Both the position numbers and the translations under genes were made by a program. 64,000 nt of DNA from an uncultured Pseudomonadota bacterium (GTDB lineage: Bacteria; Pseudomonadota; Alphaproteobacteria; Rs-D84): the NCBI GenBank assembly GCA_900321105.1, contig OOHL01000001.1, forward strand, positions 121,617-185,616. The letters are read 5' to 3'. Positions 10,626-17,980 of this stretch are shown piece by piece (position 1 is the stretch's first letter; each line of letters starts with the position of its first letter). The notes beneath the pieces were generated by a model. That model made no database searches. It had not been told where the DNA came from and saw nothing but the letters and a program-made list of their open reading frames with translations.

Positions 10626-11228
10626 ATGAAAGCAAAGAAAAAGAATTGGTTTTCGAAATTGTCTGATATATTCTTTCGTCCTAAATACTTTTTTTCACGC
10701 ATTGTCGCCGATGGTAAAATGGAAGACGCGATGTTAAAGGCTTTCCTTTGGGGGTTTGTTGGTGGAATATTGATTTTGATTATCAATTTATTTCGTGACG
10801 GACTGGCTGCATTTACAGTGTTTTCATTTTTCAAATCAATAATTATCTATCCGGTGTTGGCGGTTATGTTGCTGTTTATTACGGCGGGTTTGATGATGTT
10901 AGTGTCTGAAATCACAGGTGGTGAACGCGATTGGGAAATTGCAGTCAAAGGTATCGCATCAATTTTCTTTGTATATCCATTGGCGTTGTTGTTGAATGTG
11001 TTGGCATTTGATTGTCAATCGATTTGGGCGGTCAGTTTGCTGACAGATATATATATGGCATTTTTACTTTATAACATTGCGGTATATTGCATGCATGGCA
11101 AACGCATAAGTGTTTTATTTGTTGTAATGGTATGCTTCGTTTTGTTGGCGTGTTTGTATGTGTCAGATTACAAAACAGTTTGGTTTATGGTTAAAAACAT
11201 AGATGCAAATTCAATTTGTGTATTCTAG
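10626..11228 (+). CDS. Yip1-like multi-TM membrane protein
   Basis: 200 aa, 5 predicted TM segments. Confidence 0.4.
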   Translation: MKAKKKNWFSKLSDIFFRPKYFFSRIVADGKMEDAMLKAFLWGFVGGILILIINLFRDGLAAFTVFSFFKSIIIYPVLAVMLLFITAGLMMLVSEITGGERDWEIAVKGIASIFFVYPLALLLNVLAFDCQSIWAVSLLTDIYMAFLLYNIAVYCMHGKRISVLFVVMVCFVLLACLYVSDYKTVWFMVKNIDANSICVF

Positions 11229-11339
11229 GGAATATGAATACATACATATAGTTTTTATTATCTGTATTATATAAAATTAAGCACAGAATTTTTTTGTTTA
11301 CAATACAGCACAAGATGTTTTACACTGATTTTGAACCTG

Positions 11340-11530
11340 ATAATTGGGTTCGGGGCTGTCGAAAGCCTTGGTACATTCGGTGCGAAAGCATCGTTAAATG
11401 ATGTTGTGCGGTGTTTTTGCACCGATTCATATCCCCTGCGATTATGGTTGGGGGGCCGCGTACGTATATATAAATGTCGCGGAATCACCAATGTACTGAT
11501 TTTCGAACCCCCCGACCGCCCAATTGGTAG
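11340..11530. ncRNA. GC-rich structured noncoding element, candidate small RNA of unknown class
   Basis: about 50% GC in a roughly 33% GC genome; nested long-range pairings GGGTTCG/CGAACCC and GGTACATT(C)GGTG/CACCAATGTAC enclose three local hairpins; no plausible ORF. Confidence 0.25.
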
Positions 11531-11552
11531 CGTTTTTTATATTGGGGATAAA

Positions 11553-12500
11553 TTGTTTAAAATATTAAAGTATTTTTATTTAATTTATTTTGTATTTGTT
11601 ATCGCAAATACAGCGTATGCTGCGTCTTGCGCAACAGATTACGGTGTTGCGGTTCATCCTGTTGATCTGGATTTTAATATTAACAATCCTGAATATCCTG
11701 ATGAAATTACATTGACGGACAAAGGATTAAATACAGGTACATTTGTATTATCGGATGATGGAAATTGTTATTCGGGATATGAACCATACACGCGCGGTGG
11801 CGGTGATGTTTATCCATTAATAGAAGATTCAGATTTATGTGCGGATGGTTATTATCGTTCTGCTGGGAATTGTGTTGCGTTTACGGATGGTGGTTGTCCA
11901 ACAGGTCGTTATAATTCGGCGGTAAATATTGCGACATTTGTTGCATCAGAAGATGGTAATTGTTATTCCGGATTTGATGTTTATACGCGCAGCGGTGACG
12001 ATATATATCCATTGGTAGATTCGTCAAATTCGATATTGTGCCCGGCAGGTCAATATATGGCGAACGGAACATGTACGGCATATCCAATTGGCACATGTCC
12101 AGAAAATATGAAAAACACAACAACGAATTCTGCGACATGGTCGGCGATGACAAACGGTGTATGCCCATCTAATTATACAGAATATACAATATCAACCATT
12201 GAATACGCGTGTGACACGTATGTCAGTCACATAACATCCGAAACGCCGGCATGTTTGCTGATGTGTACAAATGGGCAAACTTTCTCGGAAGTAAATTCAT
12301 GTTCCGCGTTATGTGCCGATCATCATCAATTGATGACAGATACAGGTTTGGAATTCCCGATGTACACAACAAAACAAATCACGCCATCGTTGAATATACA
12401 GGTTGGGAATAATGTATGTTATGTGAATTTGGTCAGCGGTGCATCAGATGATGCGATAAATATAAAGTATAACAACACAACCTATCATACGGTGAAATAA
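11553..12500 (+). CDS. secreted Cys-rich protein with internal tandem repeats (TTG start)
   Basis: in-frame TTG preceded by GGGGA; signal peptide LFKILKYFYLIYFVFVIANTAYA; repeated DGNCYSGxxxYTRxGxDxYPL units; the annotated upstream extension covers the structured RNA-like region and is rejected. Confidence 0.5.
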   Translation: MFKILKYFYLIYFVFVIANTAYAASCATDYGVAVHPVDLDFNINNPEYPDEITLTDKGLNTGTFVLSDDGNCYSGYEPYTRGGGDVYPLIEDSDLCADGYYRSAGNCVAFTDGGCPTGRYNSAVNIATFVASEDGNCYSGFDVYTRSGDDIYPLVDSSNSILCPAGQYMANGTCTAYPIGTCPENMKNTTTNSATWSAMTNGVCPSNYTEYTISTIEYACDTYVSHITSETPACLLMCTNGQTFSEVNSCSALCADHHQLMTDTGLEFPMYTTKQITPSLNIQVGNNVCYVNLVSGASDDAINIKYNNTTYHTVK

Positions 12501-12557
12501 AGGATGAAAAAGGAAGAAGTAATTTTATAAAAAATTGCCCTGGTGGAAGAACCTTAT

Positions 12558-12735
12558 AAGTTCCGCCCCCGTGGGGGGGAGAATTAAAAGTTCTCCTCCT
12601 TTGGAGGAGTCCCCGCAGGGGGAGGTGGTAAGAGAGTGCAAATACTTGGAAAGACCACCCCGTCACTTCGTGCCACCCCTCCATAGAGGGGAACTAAGAA
12701 ATTCCGCCCCCGTGGGGGGGGAGAATATAAAAACT
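12558..12735. repeat. composite intergenic hairpin repeat, copy 1 (units A, B, C)
   Basis: ctcctcc-ttt-ggaggag, ccccc-gtg-ggggg and cccctc-cata-gagggg hairpins; unit C is repeated nearly verbatim at 13869..13947. Confidence 0.7.
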
Positions 12736-12742
12736 TTTATGC

Positions 12743-12783
12743 GGTGATGTTTTTTCCTCTTCCGTAAAAAAAATAACATCACC
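12743..12783 (+). terminator. long-loop hairpin (ggtgatgtt ... aacatcacc), possible terminator or processing site
   Basis: 9-bp perfect inverted repeat with a 23-nt loop. Confidence 0.35.
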
Positions 12784-12817
12784 GCGCCCGAGATAAAAAA
12801 CAAAGGAAGGAACAACA

Positions 12818-13226
12818 ATGAAACGCATAATGATATTTTTGATAATGATAATGGGAATATATTCAAACAAATACCGCGGTTGCGGTGTTAAATAAATTGG
12901 TTGGGGGCAGTGTTGATAATTCAACAACTGGACATCGATGGCAGGTTAACATGACGGATACCACCGCCGTCAAAGGCAAATCGTTATGTACAGGTATGCC
13001 TGGGGATTTTGCGGTTGTGAATACCGGTGTCGCCGATACAACCGATACCGGTTATCATTGCTATTGCAAAATGATGGCACCGGCAACATCGTATTGGGTA
13101 AATGCCAGTGGTTCATCGCCGTATGCGACTGAATCTGAATGTGAAAGCGGGTGTAACAGTGCATGTGCGAATTATATGGCAACAAATACAACATTTCGCA
13201 GCGCCGTATACGAAGCAGTGTGGTAA
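12818..13226 (+). pseudogene. frameshifted paralog of the DGR target gene
   Basis: a signal-peptide ORF MKRIMIFLIMIMG stops after 26 codons; the +1 frame (open from 12852) continues into a 113-aa ORF whose C-terminus (HCYCKMMAP..SYW...C.S.C..C.NY) parallels the active target (RYCWCKMTHP..SLW...C.S.C..C.NY). Confidence 0.5.
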
Positions 13227-13228
13227 GG

Positions 13229-13270
13229 GTTCTCCTCCTTCGGAGGAGTCCCCACAGGGTGAGAATAAAA
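13229..13270. repeat. composite hairpin repeat, short copy (unit B plus the tail of unit C)
   Basis: ctcctcc-ttc-ggaggag hairpin followed by gagaataaaa, as in the other copies. Confidence 0.6.
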
Positions 13271-13285
13271 CAAAAGGAAGAAAAA

Positions 13286-13756
13286 ATGAAAAAGATATGG
13301 ATATGTGTGTTAATGATAATGGTGTTTGTAATACCAGCGTTGGCTGTGTCGGTCTGTGCCAAAGACAGTGTTGTTACGGTTGTATTGGATCCATCAATCG
13401 GTGGTAATTCATATACATATAATAACAGCACAGGCGTGTGGAAAACGGTGTTTTCGTACGGCAATGTGTCGGGGGTCAGCACATGTTCAACCGTCGCCCC
13501 AACGGGTGGCAGGGGTTCAACCAATACCAGTGCAGGCACCCCATTGGATGCCGTTGCAGGCGATACATCGGGACGATATTGTTGGTGTAAAATGACACAC
13601 CCAATGTCTTCGCTTTGGGCGTTCCTCTACGACTACGGGTTTGCTTCGAATTGCGCTTCGAACTGTGCGACCATCTGCGGTAACTACGTCCGGAACGGCG
13701 GCGATTTGCGCGGCGGGCTGTTCGGTTCGGTCGCCGCTGCGAATGCAGCGTATTGA
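13286..13756 (+). CDS. DGR target (variable) protein: small secreted Cys-rich protein with the VR at its C-terminus
   Basis: AAGGAAG RBS; signal peptide MKKIWICVLMIMVFVIPALA; the last ~45 codons align with the TR except at TR adenines. Confidence 0.8.
   Translation: MKKIWICVLMIMVFVIPALAVSVCAKDSVVTVVLDPSIGGNSYTYNNSTGVWKTVFSYGNVSGVSTCSTVAPTGGRGSTNTSAGTPLDAVAGDTSGRYCWCKMTHPMSSLWAFLYDYGFASNCASNCATICGNYVRNGGDLRGGLFGSVAAANAAY
13605..13734 (+). repeat. DGR variable repeat (VR)
   Basis: 130 bp; 116/130 identical to the TR at 14065..14194; 13 of 14 mismatches lie at TR adenines, 1 is C to G. Confidence 0.85.
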
Positions 13757-13802
13757 TGTAACGCAAGGGCCGTGGCACGAACACGCGTGACACGATAATG
13801 CG

Positions 13803-13829
13803 CCCGACACCACGGCAAGTGGTGTCGGG
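13803..13829 (+). promoter_or_regulatory. GC-rich 10-bp stem-loop about 45 nt downstream of the VR (candidate DGR homing-enhancing hairpin or terminator)
   Basis: cccgacacca-cggcaag-tggtgtcggg perfect inverted repeat. Confidence 0.5.
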
Positions 13830-13837
13830 AATTAAAA

Positions 13838-13947
13838 TTTCTCCTCCTTTGGAGGAGTCCTTGGAAATACACCCCGTCACTTCGTGCCACCCCTTCATAG
13901 AGGGGAACTAAGAAGTTCCGCACCCGCGGGGGGGAGAACATAAAAAA
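13838..13947. repeat. composite intergenic hairpin repeat, copy 2 (units B and C)
   Basis: near-identical to 12591..12735. Confidence 0.7.
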
Positions 13948-14064
13948 CAGGAATAAAAACGAATCTTTGACAACAGGGTGTGATAAGTTGTATTGTTATG
14001 TTCAAGGGTATATCGCCGTATCGGTTGTGCGGTAGCTGATTCGTGGGGCGTGGCTGGGTTGTCG

Positions 14065-14194
14065 TGTCTTCGCTTTGGGCGTTCAACAACGACAACGGGA
14101 ATGCTTCGAATTGCGCTTCGAACTGTACGAACAACTGCGGTAACAACGTCCAGAACAACGCCGATTTGCGCGGCGGGCTGTTCGGTTCGGTCGC
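14065..14194 (+). repeat. DGR template repeat (TR), noncoding
   Basis: adenine-rich (about 28 A, many AAC/AAT triplets in the VR reading frame); matches the VR except at adenines. Confidence 0.85.
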
Positions 14195-14596
14195 TCCTTT
14201 GCAAGGTTATAACTTTGAATGCAAAGACAAAGTTTGGCTAACCTGTGGGACAAAGTGGTAAAACACTTTTCAGATGCGGATGTATCTGTTTATATATGCC
14301 TTGTCACATCAAAGGCGGGGCGGTATATCCTGTCCGAATACAAAGGACCAAACACAATACACAGGGGACATCTGGACTGGTAGGGTTTTTAACCTGAACG
14401 CCCTGGATGTCCAATACAAGTAGATTCGGGAACGAAGTGTATCGGAATCGTCACGGTATGCGCGCAGACACATAGTGTCGAGCGAATACGAGAATACATA
14501 ATTAGAAAAATCATAAAAACGGAGCTGTTTGATATGAGTTTTTATAGATTTTTATTATTGTGTATCGAGGAAAAAAATAAAACGAAGAGATAATAA

Positions 14597-14923
14597 ATGA
14601 CTTTAGATGAAATTAAAAAATTAGATGCAACATCTTGTCCAAGATTTTCGGCGTTCGCTAAAAATCAATTACCAATGCCGGGAAATAAAAAACGCCTTGA
14701 TGATATTTTAAACCGCGAAATTACTGTTATTGATTATCGAATTCGTAAATCTACGAAACGTGATGGCACCGAATGTTTACAAATGCAATTTTTACTGGGT
14801 GATGAAGTCTGTGTTGTTTTTACCGGCAGCAGCGTTTTAATCAACCAAATCAAAGAATCCAAAGATAATATTCCTTTTACTGCAACTTTGGTCAAAATGG
14901 ACAGATATTATTCTTTTTCTTGA
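14597..14923 (+). CDS. DGR accessory protein (not obviously Avd-like), 108 aa, ends 4 nt before the RT start
   Basis: position between TR and RT; beta-rich composition rather than a basic helical bundle. Confidence 0.45.
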   Translation: MTLDEIKKLDATSCPRFSAFAKNQLPMPGNKKRLDDILNREITVIDYRIRKSTKRDGTECLQMQFLLGDEVCVVFTGSSVLINQIKESKDNIPFTATLVKMDRYYSFS

Positions 14924-14927
14924 AACG

Positions 14928-15956
14928 ATGAAACGTTATAAAAATCTTTGGGATAAATTTATTTCTATGGAAAATCTGGAATTAGCAGCAAAAAAAGCAG
15001 TTAAATCCAAAAAAAATAAACCAGAAACAAAACTGTTTTTAGAACATAAAACAGAATTCTTGCTGAAATTACAACAAATGTTAATTGATGGGAATTTTAA
15101 TACATCCCAATATAAAGTTCGCAGAATTTTTGAACCAAAAGAAAGACTGATTTATATTTTACCCCTTTATCCAGATCATATTGTGCATCATGCGTTGATA
15201 AATATTCTGGGACCAATTTGGCAAAGTGGTTTTATTCGTGATTCTTATGCCTGTATCCCAGGCAGGGGATTGCATGCCGCATCAACCGCGATAATGAAAT
15301 TTATTCGTCGAAATAAATATGTTCTGCAATGCGATATTCGCAAATTTTATCCGTCCATAAATCATGATGTAATGTTTAATATAATAAAAAAGAAAATTGG
15401 CGATAAACGATTGTTGAATTTGTTACATAATATTATATGGTCATGTGGTGACGAAACAAATCTGCCAATTGGTAATTTAACATCACAATGGATGGGAAAT
15501 GTTTATATGAACGAATTGGATCATTTTGTAAAAGAACAATTACGATGCACGGACTATATTCGTTATTGTGATGATTTTTGTTTGTTCGCAAATGATAAAA
15601 AAACTTTGCATGAATATGAAAATAAATTGCATCAATTTGTGCGTGATAAATTAAAATTGGTATTTTCTAAATCTGTAATTCGAGTTGTTGCAAATGGGGT
15701 TGCGTTTATTGGTTATCGGCATTTCAAAAAATTTATATTGTTGCGAAGATATGGTGCTAAAAAAATGCGAAAACGTATTCTGCATATTGCAAAATACAGG
15801 GATAAATCTGATTTGGCAATTGGACAATTAGCGGCATATCATGGTTGGGCTAAATGGTGTTGCAGTCATAATTTTCTGACAGACGTTTGCAATCGTGCAA
15901 AAGAAATATCTGAAAAAACAGGTCAATTTATTTTTTGCAATTTGTTCAAGAATTAA
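14928..15956 (+). CDS. DGR-type reverse transcriptase
   Basis: RT motifs QCDIRKFYPSI, LPIGNLTSQ (the DGR-specific SQ motif) and YIRYCDDF (YxDD); 342 aa, typical DGR RT size. Confidence 0.85.
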   Translation: MKRYKNLWDKFISMENLELAAKKAVKSKKNKPETKLFLEHKTEFLLKLQQMLIDGNFNTSQYKVRRIFEPKERLIYILPLYPDHIVHHALINILGPIWQSGFIRDSYACIPGRGLHAASTAIMKFIRRNKYVLQCDIRKFYPSINHDVMFNIIKKKIGDKRLLNLLHNIIWSCGDETNLPIGNLTSQWMGNVYMNELDHFVKEQLRCTDYIRYCDDFCLFANDKKTLHEYENKLHQFVRDKLKLVFSKSVIRVVANGVAFIGYRHFKKFILLRRYGAKKMRKRILHIAKYRDKSDLAIGQLAAYHGWAKWCCSHNFLTDVCNRAKEISEKTGQFIFCNLFKN

Positions 15957-15962
15957 CTGATT

Positions 15963-16997
15963 TTAAAATCCAGTTTTTATACCAACTGCAAAAAATGGTG
16001 TTGTGTCGGTTATGCCGCCTGACATAAATATCGCCGTATGTTCGGTGTATTTATAACGAAACGATGCGATAAGTGTATGCAAATAATCGCCTTCCATTTC
16101 TGCGCCTGTTATTTCGTCATGATGTGTGAATAAATTTGTGTCTGAATATATATAGTTTAATGAAACACTGCTTTGCAGGAAATCATAACTGACCCCCGTG
16201 CCAAGAACCAATCCATCTGCTGTTTTCATAATTGGTTTTTCATCATAAATCAAACGCGATGATAATCCAAAAACCCAACTGTTATATTGCAGGTTTGCAC
16301 CCAATGCAACCTGACCGCGCCAATCGGCAGTGACCGGTGGTGTAAATGAATTTTCTTCATATCCATCTGGTTTGTCCATATATGAAAGTGCGATGGAATA
16401 GGCGGCCTTTAATTTTCCAAATGGCTGTTTGAATTTTGCCGCTGTATCAATCGCAAAATCAAAATCACCACCAGGACCCGCAACAGAAATTCCATATTGA
16501 CCGTATTCTGTTGATATCGTCGCCAGGTTTAATCGCAATGCATCGTGGCCTGTTGTTGCGGTTGTATCAGATATCAAAACCTTGTCCAAATCTAACTTGT
16601 CCTGCAATATTGATTTATTGTTTATACGCAAATAACCAACGTCTGGTAAACCCAATCCCATTTTACGTGCGATGGAATATGTTAAACCAAATTCAGCACG
16701 TCCAACGGTTCTGTCTTCGAATAATACAAATGCATCGTGGACATATTCGTCATCGTCAACGCATGCGGCATCAATTGAATAAACCGCACCAATTCTTTGT
16801 GATTGATTTAAACGATAAAGTGCCGTTGCCTTGATGTCCCAATCGTCAATAAACATTGGTTTGTCATCACGCGTTTCCAAGAACCCGACCATACCATCGG
16901 CATCTAATTTGAATTTCCAATTATCAACCGTATAATCCAACGCGTATGCGTTCGTTGCGAATAAAGATGCCAATGCAATCAAAGATATTTTTTTCAT
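15963..16997 (-). CDS. outer-membrane beta-barrel (porin-like) protein
   Basis: signal peptide MKKISLIALASLFATNAYA; alternating amphipathic strands; C-terminal ...GIKTGF. Confidence 0.55.
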   Translation of the reverse strand: MKKISLIALASLFATNAYALDYTVDNWKFKLDADGMVGFLETRDDKPMFIDDWDIKATALYRLNQSQRIGAVYSIDAACVDDDEYVHDAFVLFEDRTVGRAEFGLTYSIARKMGLGLPDVGYLRINNKSILQDKLDLDKVLISDTTATTGHDALRLNLATISTEYGQYGISVAGPGGDFDFAIDTAAKFKQPFGKLKAAYSIALSYMDKPDGYEENSFTPPVTADWRGQVALGANLQYNSWVFGLSSRLIYDEKPIMKTADGLVLGTGVSYDFLQSSVSLNYIYSDTNLFTHHDEITGAEMEGDYLHTLIASFRYKYTEHTAIFMSGGITDTTPFFAVGIKTGF

Positions 16998-17002
16998 ATA
17001 TA

Positions 17003-17929
17003 CTAATCCTTGGTTATTTTTCGTGGTTCGCTTTCGCTTAATATCGCATCGCGTAATTTTTTAAATGCGCGTTCTTCGATTTGACGAACGCGTTCGCGTG
17101 AGATTCCGTATTTCTGTGATAATGTTTCCAATGTCATTGCAGGCTCTGAAAGTCTTCTTGCCTTTAATATTTCGCGGTCGCGTTCTGGTAATTCATTAAG
17201 ATGCTTTTTTAATAATTCATATCCTTTGCGCTTGAATTCCAGTTGTTCCAGGCCATCTGCGATATTGATTCGTGTGTCCGCCATGTTTGATAAAATATCC
17301 TTGGCATCAGAATCTGTATTAAGCGGTGAATTCAACGAAACATCGCGTGCCGACATGCGATTTGCAATGCGTTCAACATCGTTTTCTGGAACCGATAAAT
17401 ATTCTGCGATTTGTTTGGTCTGTTCATCAGACAGCGAATTATCCATAATTCCCAATGCGCGTTTTGCACGTGTTAAATTAAAGAATACGCGTTTCTGATT
17501 TGCGCTGTTTCCCAATTTCACAATTGACCAATTGTTAAGAATTGTTTCATAAATTTCCGCCTTGATCCAAAACATCGCGTATGTTGAAAAACGAAAGCCT
17601 TTTTCAGGATCAAATTTTTGTAATGCCTGCATCAATCCCATATTGCCGCTGGCAATCAAATCAGACACGGGCAGGCCATAATTCTTGAAATCGTATGCCA
17701 CCGACACAACCAGGCGCAAATGTGACGCAACTAATTTTTCAGCCGCGATATTATCATGTTCGTTTGCCCATTTTGTGGCATATTCATATTCTTGTTCGGC
17801 AGAAAGTATCGGGAATTTTTGAATTTCATTTATGTATTTAGCAAGGCTGGCATCATCGCCCGCGCCGATATAGGCACCAACGGCAGAAGATTTTGTTGCT
17901 GGTAAAGTTGTCTTGATTTCCTTGCTCAT
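17003..17929 (-). CDS. rpoH: RNA polymerase sigma-32 factor
   Basis: sigma-70 regions 2-4 and an RpoH-box-like QKRVFFNLTRAKR. Confidence 0.85.
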   Translation of the reverse strand: MSKEIKTTLPATKSSAVGAYIGAGDDASLAKYINEIQKFPILSAEQEYEYATKWANEHDNIAAEKLVASHLRLVVSVAYDFKNYGLPVSDLIASGNMGLMQALQKFDPEKGFRFSTYAMFWIKAEIYETILNNWSIVKLGNSANQKRVFFNLTRAKRALGIMDNSLSDEQTKQIAEYLSVPENDVERIANRMSARDVSLNSPLNTDSDAKDILSNMADTRINIADGLEQLEFKRKGYELLKKHLNELPERDREILKARRLSEPAMTLETLSQKYGISRERVRQIEERAFKKLRDAILSESEPRKITKD

Positions 17930-17980
17930 AACTTTTATAGTATAGCAAGAAAATAGAATTTATCAAGACAGGAGTATATT

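Noticed and set aside
11300-11530. tmRNA (ssrA) hypothesis for the GC-rich element
   Set aside because: It is about 190 nt (too short), has no tag reading frame ending in Ala-Ala-stop, and no canonical T-arm/acceptor ending in CCA; it is kept only as an unclassified structured RNA candidate.
13163-13285. Upstream extension of the target ORF (MCELYGNKY...)
   Set aside because: It reads through the hairpin repeat and has no RBS; the Met at 13286 with an AAGGAAG RBS and a signal peptide is the credible start.
13975-13995. Inverted 21-nt near-copy (17/21) of the 3' end of gene 11553..12500 (NNTTYHT) just upstream of the TR
   Set aside because: It is too short and too imperfect to distinguish from chance in AT-rich sequence.
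12500-14000. Possible CRISPR array suggested by the recurring GC-rich repeats
   Set aside because: The repeats are composite hairpins of unequal length with irregular spacing and no uniform spacers; they flank genes rather than forming a repeat-spacer array.
12433-14241. Numerous 60-190 aa ORFs on both strands over the repeat region (for example 12970..13539 minus, 13476..13898 minus, 13908..14204 minus)
   Set aside because: They overlap the well-supported target gene, TR or hairpin repeats and have an aberrant Arg/Pro/His-rich composition typical of out-of-frame GC-rich translation.
14043-14261. 72-aa Asn-rich ORF (NNDNGNASNCASNCTNNCGNNVQNN)
   Set aside because: It is the DGR template repeat read in the VR frame. 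TRs are noncoding RNA templates, and the Asn richness is the AAC-codon signature, not a gene.
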